From Hyphochytrium catenoides (lineage: Eukaryota; Protista; Hyphochytriomycota), in NCBI GenBank assembly GCA_900088475.1, contig FLMG01000941.1:310001-374000 (forward strand): a stretch of 64,000 nucleotides of DNA. The letters are read 5' to 3'. Below are positions 9,955 to 23,946 of the stretch, one piece after another. Both the position numbers and the translations under genes were made by a program. Under the pieces are notes generated by a model. The model made no database searches. It saw only the letters and a program-made list of their open reading frames with translations, and had not been told where the DNA came from. How positions within the stretch are numbered: the first letter of the stretch is position 1; each line of letters starts with the position of its first letter.

Positions 9955-10500
9955 TAGGTGGATGAAGCGCTTTTTCGTTTCTTCCTGTTGGAAGGTCAGA
10001 AGCAACGAGAGAAAAGAAAAGTAAATTCATAGTGGTTGAGATCATCATAAAGCTCTATCTAAGGGCTACAAAGGCCAGACGGACCTGGAATCTTCATTGG
10101 GAGAACGCGTCTTGCGGGTCTTCCAAGGTAGCAATGGCCGCTTATTCTTTCACTTCTCTTCAATGATTCTCTTCCGCCTCACCACCACTCTCTGAAGAGC
10201 CACCTACCCCAAGCGTTCAGGGTAGTGGCCAGTGGTTGTCTCCGAACACTTGCGGGCAATGTCGGTCGAATCTTCAGGAGGAGACCAAGGAAAGGCCAAG
10301 GGTCTTGGCTACCTAGAGGCAACGCTAGCCTGTTCGTGGTTGGTAGGAGGAGAAGTGATGACTTCCCACCAGAGAAGTCGATAAAGTCTGCAGCAAATCT
10401 AACTTTCACCACTGCGAGCGTTTGCGTGTTCTCCAAAAACTGGACTCCTCCTGACTGGACTCCTTTATCGTCGCGTTGCAGTTCCGCTTGGGCCTCTGAC
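9955..10500 (-). pseudogene. Degenerate CRAL-TRIO/Sec14 domain fragments
   Basis: In order on the minus strand: FIDFSG, IARKCSETTTGHYPERLG (HYPERLG at 10207-10227, followed by TAG), WLFREWW, RPLLPWKTRK, EETKKRFIHL. These match CRAL-TRIO motifs, but the frames are broken and the segment after HYPERLG is missing. Confidence 0.4.
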
Positions 10501-13500
10501 TACTTTCTAGGAACTACGAGGAACTAGAAGCACTCGTAGATGCGCATGCTAGGCTCATTCACCTCTCCTTGTGTGCTAGCAAACAACCGAAGAACTACTA
10601 GGTAGGAGAGCAGCAAGACCCCAAGGTAGAAAGCAGAAGTAAGTAGTAATAAATGGGGGCAGAACCTCTTCACAGCTGCACTGGCAGGCTAAATAAGATT
10701 CTTATCCTGCCGGATCTTGTGGGCAGCAGAAAACGGCACCTTGCAAGCCAGCGTCGCCTGACTGCATGCAAAAACAAGGAATTCCGATGGACATTGTTAG
10801 CAAGACCTGAGAGTAGAAGATAGATACCTAGAGATATATGACTCGTATATATGAAGGAAGGACGTTCTTCCTTTTCCTTTCTCTTCCAACTAGCTCCTCG
10901 CTGTCGGCTTCGCTCCCCAGCGCGGGGACCTGTTCTCCCACCTCGACGTACAATCCGTGCTTGCTGTTGTCCTCAGTCCTGGTCTCCGACGATCTCGATC
11001 GACGATGCGACGGCCATTCCTCTCCTGCTGTCCTCTGTCCTTCTCCTTTAGTCTCGTGACGCTCCCTGTTGTTCCTCGTTCTCTACTATGGTCTGCTGCT
11101 GCTTGGGCTAACGAGCGGTGGTGGCAACAAGGCGCTAGGGAGCGAAGAGGCTGCTGCTTCTTCTCCGTTACCATGCCAGCAGCTCCTCGTAGCAACCAGC
11201 AGGAGGAGGAGGAGGAGGGCTGCCAGTGTGGGTGCTGAACACTGAGCGCCTCATGCTGCGGGCGTGGGAGACAGAGTAAGGAGTAATGTTAGGGCTAAAG
11301 GGAGGAGAGAGGGAAGCTGAGTCACGTGCCGGTTCAAGGCCGGTCCCCGTCTTATTGTTCCTCTATCCCAAGGCCGCCACTGCGAGGAGTGAGAGGGGTC
11401 TTTGAGAGGGACATGCGGCCCTCATATTGTCGCCTTGATCTCGTCAGGGTCCCTGGTACACTAATAGCTATACTAATAGAGCGCCCGATAATGGAAGAAA
11501 TGAAGGGGTAGCATCCGTAACATCCCAAAAATCACCACAAAAGCCCAATCATGTCGTATTTTCGCGGTAGGGTACAGTAGGGTACAGTATTGACTCCACA
11601 AAGAACATTGGACTTGAACTGCTCTTGAGGAGGAAGGCCATTATTATCCCTCTCTGACACTTCATCACCATGAAGAAGCTGCTGTTGCTCGTGCTGCAGG
11701 AGGGAAGACGGCGCGGCTGCCCGAAGATCCAGTGGATGGACGAAGCGTAGCGTAGCTCTTTCAAGAAGGCTCTTCGGCTGCTTTGTCGAGTGGTAGAAAC
11801 TCCCTCATTCTCATCAGGAGCTTATTGGTGCAAAACTGAGTGAAGAAGCAGGACAAGAACAGAAACGAAGGCCATAGCAACCTCTCCTCGGTACCACTAC
11901 TCAAAGACAGGGGAGCTGGTAGGTCCCTTCTGCGAGCCGCCGAATCTTCTCCAGAAGGCGCATTCCAACAGTGAGTCCCTCTTGTAAGAGGGTTGCTAAG
12001 TCTGACTGCTGCCCACTCTTCTCATGCGCAGTCATCACTCAAAGGGAACACGGTAACAAGTACAGGCAGAGGTGACTGAGAGAGTTATTATCAGATCCGT
12101 TTGAGGTCTATTTTGGGAAGCCTTCGTGCACCTTATAACAGCTTCAGAGTTGACCATGGAGCTTGCAGCAGCAGCGGCAACGAGGAGTACAAAATAGGTA
12201 ATGACCGTGTTCATCAACAACAAGGAGGGGCACCGATCGAACCCTAAGCAGGTAGAAGCCTTTTTCTTCATAGTGAGGCACGTTCAGCTTAGCGATTGGC
12301 TCACTTTAGGAGCTTATGTATACCTTGATCCTGGTAAGCTCACCCGATGAAGGAGGAGAGGAGGAGGAGTCCAAACTTCATATTGAGAGAGTGAATCTAT
12401 AAAAAAGCTACTATTATTGCGTGCTAGTAACTCAAGAGTGTGGCTGAAAAGGGAAGTTCATCATTCGTGGAGTAAAGAAGGCGCCTTCCCCTTGCTGATG
12501 TAGTACAATGCGCTGTGGACAGGGTCATCCTAGAAGAAGAAGGCGTTATTATGGCCTTCACGTGGTGATGATTGCCACGACCCATAGTATGAGGTGCCTC
12601 ACCTATAATGGCCGATTTGCCCTCGTTATGGCCGCTCTGTCTAATCAAATGTTCCCCAAAAAAGCGGCCAAAGACCGGAAGTTCGTCCGCTAACAAATGA
12701 CGGACTTCAGACCGGCCATTGTTAGATTGACCATCTCCTAGCCTAGAATTATAGTGTAGTGGTGTATGAGTACTTATTATCCTCCTACGTACTGCCGTGC
12801 TAAACTGCTCCATCCCGTCCGTCCGCCGCCCATTATATCGTGCTCCGACAGTCATCAGTTGTTCAACAATCAAAATCCGCGAGACAGCACGCAGGAACTG
12901 CCACCAACTGTCAGTCATCATCACCACTCCGCAGGACCATCATCATTATCGAGGAAGATGAAGAAGAACGAGGGTGACCGACAACAAGCAAGAAGATAGC
13001 CAACAAAGCCTAAGACCTTGAGGACTATCATGTCCGTTACAATCCAAGCTCAATTAAATAGCCGCTAACACCCTTTCGTAGACTTATTTTTGGTGGAACA
13101 TCTTCAGATCAGGCATATGACAAGGGCTGAGACAATGTTATCAGGAATATACTAGTGTTTGTAGCAATACCTCAAGAATAAGTGTGACCACTGAGCTTAG
13201 AGTTGTGTCTCTTCGACAATTGCGCAATAGAAAGTGACAGGGAAAGCAGTGGGCGAAGCGTGGGGCCAGCCTTTATGGCTGATGACTGATGATGAGCAAC
13301 AAGAGCCGTGGTGAGGACAGTCAGCCTCTGGACGGAAGGTGACCAGGCAAGAGCCAAGAGGGAAAGACAAAGAGAGGGAAATAGAGACCACGGGAGAAGA
13401 GGGCCCGTGTGTCCTTTGAGAGAAAGAGAGAGGGGATAGATTGAGGTGCATCCATAAGAGGTCGTACGAGGAGGAGGAGATGATTGAAGGAAGAGAGAGA

Positions 13501-13758
13501 CAAAGTGAGCGAGAGAAGGACAAGGACAAGCAGGGCGAATGCTAGGAGTCCATAGCCTCCTTTCTTATTACTCTCTTCCCTGCACCTGAAGGTTGGTCAA
13601 CCCGGGCACTCTTCAGGTGGCAGGAGACTTACTGGTATCTACACCAGCTTCTGTGACTGAGAGGAGCAAAGAGCCTGGCAAGCGACGATACGACAGGGGC
13701 GGCCAACGAGCAAGAAGCAAGGGTGGTAAAGGGTAGAAAGGAGCCAGCGTTGAAGGAG

Positions 13759-15812
13759 ATGGAAGCGTTCGCCAAGTTGTATGAGGAGAAATGCGTAGAA
13801 CACGGTGTGAAAGCCAATGACTTCTTTCTGAAGCAGCTAAAAGAAAGCGGGGATCGTAAGGGCTTGCGGTCCTTATACCTGTCTGGACATCTGTAAGTTT
13901 GCGTATCTCTCACTGTCTTGCTTCGAGTGCTTACTGCGCAGAGCTCTGCGGCCTCCTCTGCATTCTCCTTGCTCTGTCCTTCGTCACACTAATCCTTTAC
14001 TTCCTCTGAATGTTCTCCACTGGGTTTTCACTGTGCGCCTTCTTGAACCTCTTCGTGCCATCTTCAGTCTTCTCAACCTTCTTTACCGCGCACTATACCC
14101 ACATGCTCTAGGAAGGAAACATTTGACCATCGGGTGACAAGTAAGGATCTCCAGCCTATAGCAGAGGCTCTAATTGCCATCAGTGCCCCTGAGGCAGGAG
14201 AAAGCGCCAGCATCAGGTTGGAAGAGCTTGATCTCCAGAATAATAACATTGGCGCAGAGACTGAGGAGGCTGAGACTATTTTTACCGCTACATGGGAGAC
14301 CTTCTTGGTAGGAGATGCTCTACTCGTGAGAATCTGCCAATCTCTTTCGACTTCACTGAGTCCAGTTCGGTCTGGCAGCTGTCCGGTCGTCTTCCCGCCT
14401 TGGTCCTGGCTTGTCCACCTAAGGCTGCTGCCTTCTACCTCTATATCCTTTCGCTCTGTCCTTTTCGCCGGTCTCCCGAAACAACCTCTCCTTTGCTTCG
14501 TCATCCCCGCCCTCGCGCCCCTATCTGGCCCTCTCGCTGGTAGCTGATGCCCCCATGGTACATCTTACTCTATGGATCGACACTTTTCTCTAACTCTACT
14601 GTCTCATTCTCTCTTCACATATGTCTCATAAACAGACAAGAGGACTCCCTTCCCTACGATTCCTTCACACGGTAAACCTTAGAGCCAACAATATTTCCTC
14701 CAACCTCTGCGAGATCCTATGCCGTTATCTCTCCGACAACAGCAGTATAGAGAATCTCTGTCTCTCGTCTAACCCTCTGGGAGAAAAAGGAGGACAAGCC
14801 CTGGCGGAACTATTGGCAGTGAATCGGACCCTCACGGCCTTGGATATAGGGAATTGCGGGATAAACTTGAAGGCACTCATCAGTCTCACACAGTCGGTTG
14901 CTGGCAGTACTACCCTGAAATCTCTGACTCTTGATGCTTTGGATACACGGTCAGCGACGGTGAGTAGCACTTCCATTATTCCTTACGAGTGCATCTTCTT
15001 CCTTCCCTGCCTCCTGGTCCAGTGCAGACCTTTTTTCTAAAAGCCACCTTCAACTACTACCAGACCGAGACGGCCAGTCACATTGGCCGGATGATTCAGC
15101 GGAACAAGAGCCTTCGCAGTCTCTCTCTCGCGAAACTGAGTCTTGGGGACGGAGAGGCAAAGATCTTGGCGGAGTTCCTTGTCGAGAACAGATCTCTCAC
15201 ATCGCTTTCGCTATCTAGCAACCAGATCGCAGGACAAGGGGCCAAAGCCCTAATGACATGCGTCTTTCAGCATCTTCCTCCTCTCTCCTCCCTTGACCTA
15301 TCTAACAACAGGATCATGGACGAGGGGGCCCTGGCGGTGGGCAAAGCTCTGGCAGTCAATGGCTCTCTTAAGACGGTTAACCTTAGAAATAATCGCATCT
15401 TCGATAGCGGTAAGAGTATGTCATGGGCTCTTCTTTTCAGTGAGCTTATTTAGCATCTCTCTCCACCATTCCTCTCATAATTTCTCTCGTTCCGCTGAGA
15501 GGTCTTGTTTGCTATGGTGTGGGTCTTCGCTAGCTTGCAAAGAGTTAACAGCGATGTTCTTCTTTGCCTCTCATGGGAAGTTTAACTCTTTTCCTCCCTG
15601 CATGTGGAGTAGGGCTCGTCGCAATAGCTAACGGTCTTAAAGAGAATGCATCCCTTACTCGAGTCTTGGTATGGGACAACAACTTTGACAAAGAAAGTAT
15701 GGAGGCCTTTGACGAGCTCTACAATGGGCGGTGGAAAAGCTTAGGAGTACAATCAGATATTAGGCCCTACCAAGTTGATGGACAGGTCTTCTTGGCCAGA
15801 GAAGACTGTTAA
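13759..15812 (+). CDS. LRRC34: Leucine-rich repeat protein, LRRC34-like (RNI-type LRR, cilia-associated), multi-exon
   Basis: RNI-like repeats (LDLQNNNIG, LSSNPLGEKGG, LDLSNNRIMDEGA) plus LRRC34-typical ETASHIGRMI and C-terminal VWDNNFD..SDIRPYQVDGQVFLA; GT-AG introns. Confidence 0.8.
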
Positions 15813-16365
15813 AGACAAACGGGAACATAGGCTGAGGATAAACTTCAGAGAAAGCCAAATCCTGGTCTCCGTCGCACCTAGCAGAGAAAGTGTATCCAAT
15901 GCTTGGACTAGTACCTCTGCTACTCTTACAGTGAAATGGCCCTACCTCCGTTGAAGCCATTGGAGCCACCAGATGGTGTATAGTTAGGGCTACAATGTAC
16001 CTAGTTGCAGTTAGCTGTATAATCAGCGTCACCTGATGTCGTAAGAAGGTAGCAATGGTATCAACCCGAGCGGTATGCCTTAGTGGAATTCTCATCTACT
16101 CCGTTCGGAGCAATAAGTTAGACCGTTCAGGCACAAAGCCAGATAGCTGCCTCATTTCAGATTTCAGAGCGACCTCATCGCGTCGAGCATACCCCCGCCG
16201 ATATGGCGTTGACGAAGGCTCGCTCTCTAATCCGTAAAGCTTGTTCCCCGGTCGTCTTCTCAGAGTCGGCTGCAGAAGACCGATGAAGAAGATTGTTGAT
16301 ATATTTTGCGACACTTGTGGGGTTAGAGGACAAAAGCGTCTTGCCCTCTATTTGCTTCTGCATCT

Positions 16366-17960
16366 TTATTTCATCTTCTCGGGCATCTTCTGGGTCTTCT
16401 TCCCTACAGTCTCCCCGAAGAAGAAGAGCGGCAGAGCAGCCAGGGCAGCTAGGAGCGAACATAGACAGCTAAATAGAGGAAGAAGAGCCCAGCCATTTGC
16501 CTCTATGAAGAACCCAAAGGGGGCCCCTGCCGCCGCCCCACCGAGCTGCCCCAAAAACTTGACTAGACCTCCGCCGGTCTCGCTGACACGAGGGTCGGCT
16601 AGCTCTCTAGCAAATAAACCGGCCAACATGTGAGGGGGAAATGAAAGGAAGCCAAGGCAGAAGTAGCAGAGCGAGAGAAGAGGAAGACCATCCAGCTGAG
16701 TTATTGCTAAGGAAAGAGGTGCCGCAATAAAAGAGAAAGAGACGATGATAGGTGCCCGTCTTCCTCCGTAGAGGTTGTCCGTGATCCATCCCGCTGCTAA
16801 ACTTCCTACAAAACCACCCATCTCGAGAGCAAAGAGACAGGTGGAGGCTTCAGACAGAGATAAGGCCTTGTTTTCGAATAGGAAAGACGGCGCCCAGTCA
16901 CTCAGGATACAGCGAAGAAGGGTAACGAAGAGGTAAGACAGGCCCAGCACCCACAGTTTCCAGTTTAAAAACACCTCCTTTTGAACGATAGCGCGAAAGT
17001 CTTTATCACCATCGCTGGGAGAAGAAGAAGGAGCAGTGACAGTCGGTCTCCTGTCCTTTTTACTCAGCTTCTTTTCCCCTACATCGTCCACCTCCGCACT
17101 ATCCAGCGTGTGGAAGGCGAAAAGAGCAAGAACGAGACAGATGCCAGCTGGCAGCCACATGGTCGAGTACTCTCCGAGGTAGGCAATCGCAGGCACAAGG
17201 ATGAGAGGGGAGAGAGCTGAGCCCGCGTTCTGTGAGGTGGAGAGCAGCCCATACCATTTTCCTCTCTCTTTCGGACTCTTGAAGTGCTTCATAAAGATCT
17301 TGGTCATGGCAGGCCAACCCACAGATTGAGCCAGACCATTGAGTCCCCAGACAAGGCTCATCACAGAGAGAGACGTAGACGAAAGAAGAAGAAAGTTACA
17401 TAGAGACGAGAGAGCTAGGCCAAGGCAAAAAATGACGTGAGGCTGCGACATATCCACCAGTGGGCCCGCTACAAAGAGTGCATGCGAGTTGGGGCAAGGT
17501 TGTTGAGCAGGGGGCAAAATTAGAGATCAGAGGACCTTAGCGGGACAAAAGAGCAAGGAGAAAGAGGTGAAGCTTCAACAAGGCTGATGGCCAAGATCAT
17601 TGGAGAGCGCCTGCCGGTCGATAATAGAGAGAGAAGAGATGGCTAAAGAGAGGTAGAGAACGAGAGGCATAAGGAAGAAGACCGAGAGGACGAGATATCG
17701 AACGACAAGACAGTAGGAAGCAACTGGGAAGACAATGCACAGTGCTCCTCACCAACGAGCTTGAAAAGCCCCATGCTTGTCTCTAGAGATGTCTGCACCA
17801 CAGCGACCTCTCCTCGGCTCATCTGCAGTCTCTTTGCGACGAGAGGCATCCAGAACCCATAGTTCTTCTTCGCAAGATAGTAGCCAACGTATCCCACATA
17901 CAGAGAGAAGAAGACCACATACCGCTTCGTAGGGGAAGATGAACTATCAGAAGTTGTCAT
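16366..17960 (-). CDS. MFS sugar-phosphate/glycerol-3-phosphate:Pi antiporter (UhpC/GlpT/SLC37 family); exons 17960-17753, 17468-16366
   Basis: YVGYVGYYLAKKNY, WGLNGLAQSVGWP, ERGKWYGLLSTSQNAG, EMGGFVGSLAAGWITD..GRR motifs; about 12 hydrophobic segments; in-frame GT-AG intron 17752-17469. Confidence 0.9.
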
Positions 17961-19320
17961 CCTCGGAAAGACTCTCAGCTTGTGACCTCAGCACTAGGAG
18001 ATAGCGAAGATCTTGTCCTCCTCTCTCTGTCTTTGGCTCTCGCCGTCAATCTATGCTTTGAGGTAAAGCACACTAAATGATTAGAGCTGCTCTAGAGGGA
18101 AGGTGTCTCTCCTACTGCTTGCTATCGCCGTTGGCATCTTTTCTTCTCTGTCTAGGACCTTGTCTGATCGTCAGACTCGGACCACGATCAATCGATCGAG
18201 CCATCTTCGCATCTTCCTGCTTCAGGCTCTGAGAGAAGCCCTATAAAAGCTATAGATACACTTGCATTGGCCGTCGGTTAGCGGTCAGGTGGGCAGCTCT
18301 GGATCATGGTTTGTATCAAGGATCTTAGGGTTAGCAGGCTTGTCCTCCTCGTCCCAAGTGCTCCTGATGGCACTTCCAAGAGCATCGTGGAGTCCTGCTC
18401 TCTCTCTCTCGTAGGCAGTCTAACAACAGGGAGGCTGAAGGACCATCTTCAACTTGCGGAAGATGAGGGAGGACCAATGCAGCTGTAGCGGCCGTTCTTT
18501 ACCGTTCTCTTGCCCGGCCTCGCTTCTTGTTCACGCTCATGGCCACCTTGGCCCTCGTAGCTGTCTTCTATTCTTGTCAATTAGATGGTTCCTCATTAAG
18601 CTCATTCTTAACTGAGCAAGGAGAACTTTGTGATGGGATTGCCGCAGTCAACAGAGCCGGATGACTTTCTGTTGCGATCATATAGACCTAGCAACTCCTT
18701 CAATCGCCAGCCCTCGGGGTAACCTTTACATGGACAATGGGGATGATTAGCAACGTAGTCGTATAGCTAAGTTATGACAGGCTGGACGTGTTGCGCAGCA
18801 GAGTGAAGTCAATAGATCTACTTCAGCACGTTTTCTTTCCCTATACTGGGTTATACAGCCACGCTAGCAGCATGTCCTTGTGGCTCGGTTGCGAGGACTA
18901 TCCGACTACGTCCAAGCCGTGCAGTGGTTCCTGCCAACACTTTCTGTTGCAGATTATGAAGGTGGCAATGGAGGAACACTAGTTATCGCGCTTTATTTAT
19001 CCATCAGCTCGAAGCCAATAGCAAGCAAAGAAAGAGCAGCAGCAGGTCACCCGTCAAGGGTCTGCGGGCAAAAGAGCAGAGGATGGAGGTTGCTTCTCCC
19101 TGCCTACTTGCAGGTCTGGGAAGGAAGAGACGAAGAGTTCAATGTGAAAATGGAAGCAGGAAAAGCGACATGCAATGCATTGTGCGTTTCCACGGCGAGC
19201 CTGTCAGAGAGGGGCCATCCATCTTGAGTAGCAAGGCAAAGCCACTTCCTTCGCCCTTTCATCCAATACTTTTGCTAAATACCGCGCCGTGGAGATCTGC
19301 TGCCGTAGGAGATCTGCTGA

Positions 19321-19382
19321 CGTTTGACTTCTTGCGCAGTGGACGTCGGGTCGTTTGACTTCTTGCGCAGTGGACGTCGAGT
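19321..19382. repeat. 31-bp direct tandem duplication (2 copies, 1 mismatch)
   Basis: cgtttgacttcttgcgcagtggacgtcg(g/a)gt x2, about 50 nt past the stop codon of the WW-PDZ gene. Confidence 0.9.
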
Positions 19383-19430
19383 CGCAAATGTCTTCTTTGT
19401 AGACCAACATTGTCTTCTTCAATAAGATGT

Positions 19431-22400
19431 TTATTGTGGGGCATAACGATGCGGTCTCATTGTCTTGGACGCACTCTTTGGAGTGCCTTGCCCACTAGAA
19501 AATGAAGAACTGGCCGAGGTAAGCGACATGCTTTCCTCTTGCTGCTTAATAAGGTTCAGCTCATCCTGGGCTCGGGCAAGCTCGCTCTTCAATAACAGAC
19601 GGCGCTTCTGAAGCTCGGAGCTTGGTTGCCCTGTCTTGGCGGCCTGAGCTATGGCATTCACAATTTCCCTCTGCGAAAGATGGGCAAGGGAGTAAAGAAG
19701 GAGACCGGAAGGTTCAGTGACTCCACCATAATGATAGGGTTTTACAGGCGAACCACGGGTTAAGGAGAAAGATATCCGCAGAAGAGCTAATACGTTGGAT
19801 CTGGCCAACTCACCACTTCAGCTCTCAGCGCCTCTACCTTGGCCTCAGCACTAACCAGTCCTGGGGACTTTTTACCGCTCAGAAGGGCTGCAGGGTCACA
19901 AGCGTTAGAAGGACATGTGAGACGAGCAGCGTCATACAAAGCCGGTTCTGCCCGGGTCGGAGCTGTCTCATGAAGAGGATACAACTACCCAGCATGAAGA
20001 GCCTCCTTGGTAACAAGGTTCTCACATATAGACGTTCTGAGAAAGAGTGAGATGTTTTTCCGTCGGTACCTGCTGCATTACTCTCGTTCCGCCTCAGAGT
20101 CTGCCTCTGTTTACTGAGCTGCTGAATCTCAATGGCAAGGGCAGCAGACTTTTCTTCCTCGGCAGCCATATCCTGCTCGAACAAACGAACCTAGACGATT
20201 ATAGATGATGCGTTGAGTGCGGTACCTAGAAACAATGCACCGAAAGAGGCAAAGACAGACCAACCTTTTCTGACACTTTGGCCAACTGCTCCTCAACTGG
20301 AATATCGCCTGCTAGACCTTCTAGTTCGATGGCCACTCTCTCCGCAGCTTTCTGCACCGCAGATGAACGACAGAAGGCCGCACAAAGTCAAGCTCGTAAT
20401 GTAGGTAATGCGCAATAGGAAGAGGAAGTGTTTGGGAACAAACCTTATCGTCGATGGACTTCAGCTTGCTCTGCATAGCACTGAGGTTATTGGATATTTG
20501 TTCGCATTGGGCGGCCAAGTCCTTGTTTCCACGATTCAGCAGCTCCACGTCATGCTGCAGCTCTAATACAACGACAAAACGATGTCAAGAAAGCGAGATA
20601 TAAACGATAAGCGCGACGATTAGAAGAAGTAAGCGGATTCCGTTATCCCTGATCAATCCTCAATGTCGTCTTCCCTATGATGTCACGTACGTCTGTTCCT
20701 CTTGTTCATCTCGTGAAAGCGGACAACTTCCGGTGACTCAATTTTCCCTTCCATTTGCAATTGAAGGTTCTTCCTCTTCACAGCAAGCTGTTCCCTTTTC
20801 CATCGCAGCTGGAAGTGTAAAGAGAAATCATTATTCGGCCATACGCAGAAAAGTGGAGAACGTTAGGAGATGGCGCGACCACAAGCCATGGAAAGCGCGA
20901 CACCCTAAGCTCTAAATAAATGTATGGGAGGGATATGAACTAGTAACGGAACGCTCTACATGTCGCGCCCGATAAGATAGTTGAGATCCAAAGAATATCA
21001 GGAGTAGATAGGATGACACTTACCATCTCCGCCTCCATCTTGAGCTGTTGATTCTCCTTGGAAAGAGTCCTATAGTGATGCACCAAGAATCCAACGTTCT
21101 TCTTCACCATCGTCCTGACAAAGAAAAAGAAAACGGAGGAAACCGCATTCGATAAGATTTAGGGCAGAGGAAAGTTAGTGGTCTGGGCTAGAGCAACGGC
21201 TTACTTCTCCTTTCTTAGATCCTCCACAGCCTTCCGGAGTGTCTCCACCCTGATGCCACTGACCACCAGAAGCGCACGGTAGTCCTGAAGCAATCTGCTT
21301 GCCTCACTTTGTGGAGCTGAGCTGGACGCCGGACTGGAAGCAGATGACTCCTGGAGAAATAAGATGGAAGTAAACAAACGGTATGTCAAGCCCCAGGCCC
21401 ATTTGGAGGTTCTATATCCATCCTCCCCGTCCGTTACGAGGCAATCAAGATGCACTTTCCTTTTATGGGTAAACACCTCCCCATGCTAGTCTTTCCAGAA
21501 GAGGTAAGAGCCAGCAGAACTACGTACCATTACACGCGCATCTGTCTTTTTTAAGCCGAATTCTGTTTCTACGTCAATGAACTTAAGCGTGATGGGACGG
21601 CTGGCTCCCTTCATCAAAGCGGCGATCTCGTTGTACGGTCGTCCCCATAGATCTGACTCTCCAATGTAGGTGAGGCGCATACCTGGCTTCAGCCGTCTAA
21701 GGACAATAGTTGGTGTTAGACATCTGATCTCTGCCTTGCTAGGTATAATAAGGCCCAGTTTTTCCATTTCAATATACTCTCTCACTGCTGGCCCTTATGG
21801 CAATATTTCCAGCTTTTCCACCTTGCTTAGTCAACACGTGTTCCTCTCTTCGGATCGTAACCAGTCTGCTCTCACCTCTCAGGTGGGACGCTCCAGTTAT
21901 AGAGTTCTGCTGCACCGGGCTGGCTGCCCTTACCCTGCAAAAGGAGAGAGGAATGATGAGAAAACCAGCCCTAGCCAATGCTAATAGCATTCCAAAGGTG
22001 ATACTATGAGTCATATGGAAACGTGCGAGGCGGCCAATGACGGGCACAGGTACAGGAGAGATCCAAGGAACCATCGGCATAAAGGAGAGATATTATAGGG
22101 GAAAAGATAGAAGTATCCTGTCTATTCTTACCTTCGTGAAGGCTTCTATCTCGGCTTGGAGCTCCGGCAAAATTGTTTCAGCAGCTTTGCTTTGTTTTAG
22201 GCTTAGACCCATGGGACCCGAACCAAACTCGACCTCTAACTGACCCTTCCACTGCGGGCGTCTGCTCGCCCCGCCACCTGACGGCAGATAAGACCGATCA
22301 ACTCTATGATTAGACACGTAGACGAAGGCAGTGACGCCAGAATTATAGATCAAGGAGAGATGCAAGACGCTCTAGGAACAACACGATAGGCAAGGTAAGA

Positions 22401-23302
22401 TTTGACAAAGAGATCTCCCGAGAACGAAGGGCCTCAATAAAGAGAGAAAGAGGGATTGCGGCATCCACAATATTTAGATCTAACTACCTGTGGTCGGTGC
22501 GGTCTGCGAGGACGACGAGGAGGAGGAGGTACGTCTCACGCTGGCCGTCTCTCCTGTCTTTGGTGGCGAGTCAGACGCTCTCTGGCCAGCATTCTCTCCT
22601 ATTAATGACTATGTTAGCCACGAATTCTAGCTAAAGAATATAGAGCAGGCGGAACGCAAAATAAAGCTAGCCATAGACGAGGAGGCACAAAAGTTAATGA
22701 TTCAAAGTTACGGCAGCTAGAATGCAAAGAGTTGGGGAGGATCCAATGAGAGTTAATGCTCGGATTGCCACGTTCTTGGTAACAAGCGAGCGAGCGAAAG
22801 AGAGAATAGCGGATAGAGCGCAGACCTTCTCCTGAAGCTGCAACCTCTGGAAACGTCCACGAGGTCTGTCCTTTGGGTCCAACATAATAAAACTGCCCGG
22901 GATGTTTGCGGCTTTCCTTCACGTTCCACCCTGGAGGAAGAGCTTTGGGTGCATCACTGCAGACGTAGCTTGAAACGAGATGAGTAAGACGGAGCCAACA
23001 GAGAGAAGAGTGAAGAGGCATACTCCAGGAAAGGAGTATTGGAAGAGAAGAGAAGGAACTGAAGGCAGTAAACTGAAGGCCGATTGACTAGCAACATACT
23101 TCCGCGGGTAGAAGAGCGAGACCTGTAGAATGCAGTTGCTAGAAGTGCTGACGAGCAAAAGAAGAACGACTCTTTATAACCTAGGACCAGATTATCTCTT
23201 AGCAATACATAGCAAGGCAAAGAATGGAGTTCTAGAAGGAAAGAAGGAAGCGCAGACGTACCTTGGCCGCCTACTAGTGCTACCGGACTGTTGAGAGGAC
23301 AT
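19431..23302 (-). CDS. WW domain + PDZ domain + long coiled-coil protein, multi-exon
   Basis: WW: LPPGWNVKESRKHPGQFYYVGPKGQTSWTFP; PDZ: LEVEFGSGPMGLSL..AAELYN..LKPGMRLTYIG..PYNEIAALMKGASRPITLKF; heptad-rich C-terminal exons. ATG at 23302 and some small exons are tentative. Confidence 0.8.
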
Positions 23303-23891
23303 TGTAGTCGAGAGCAAGGAAAGAGAAAGCTACAATCGCAGCCAAACGCCAGAGGACAATCACTGTGAGCGCCGAAGAAGACGGGACGAAGCAACGAAGC
23401 CCAGACAGTTGGCGGCTTAGCAAGGGCGAAGCCAAGTCAGCTCAGGACGGAGGGCGAGGGTGGTCATCCAGAACCCAGAACCCACATCGGTGCCGCCTAA
23501 TCGTCTTCAGAAGCAAGAGGCTAACAGAAGCAGGAGGCAAGAGAGAGCAAGAAACGGAGAGAAGAGAGAGCGCAATAGACCAAGCCATCAGCGACCTTGG
23601 CTGACAGCTGAATGACGACGAGGGAGAGAGAAACAAAGTTGCTGATGGGCGCTGGACGTGACTGACGATCTGCTGCTGCTAGGACAGATAAGAAGCTCTC
23701 TCAGAAGGTAAGGATCGCCTAAAAGGCTATTAGACTTATGTTACGGTGAACACAGCCAGGGGAGTTAACTGCCTGTGCAGCTGTTAGGCGGATTATTTGC
23801 AGTGATAAACCCTGATTCGCCCCTTTCAGGGATCAGAAACAGCATCCTTGAGGAAGCCAGTTGACACTGAATCTCTATACTCGCATCCTCC

Positions 23892-23946
23892 CTCTCTCTC
23901 TCTCTCTCTCNNNNNNNNNNNNNNNNNNNNNNNCTCTCTCTCTCTC
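23892..23946. repeat. (CT)n microsatellite containing an assembly gap (N 23911-23933)
   Basis: Direct reading. Other CT runs at about 24773-24799, 55105-55121, 59981-60004, 61186-61212 and 61512-61536. Confidence 0.95.

Noticed and set aside
10838-13530. Many 60-170-aa ORFs
   Set aside because: No motifs or consistent exon chain; likely intergenic or decayed sequence.
18306-19230. Possible small + strand gene with exon-like segments and a degenerate actttctgttgc repeat
   Set aside because: Could not build an open spliced frame.
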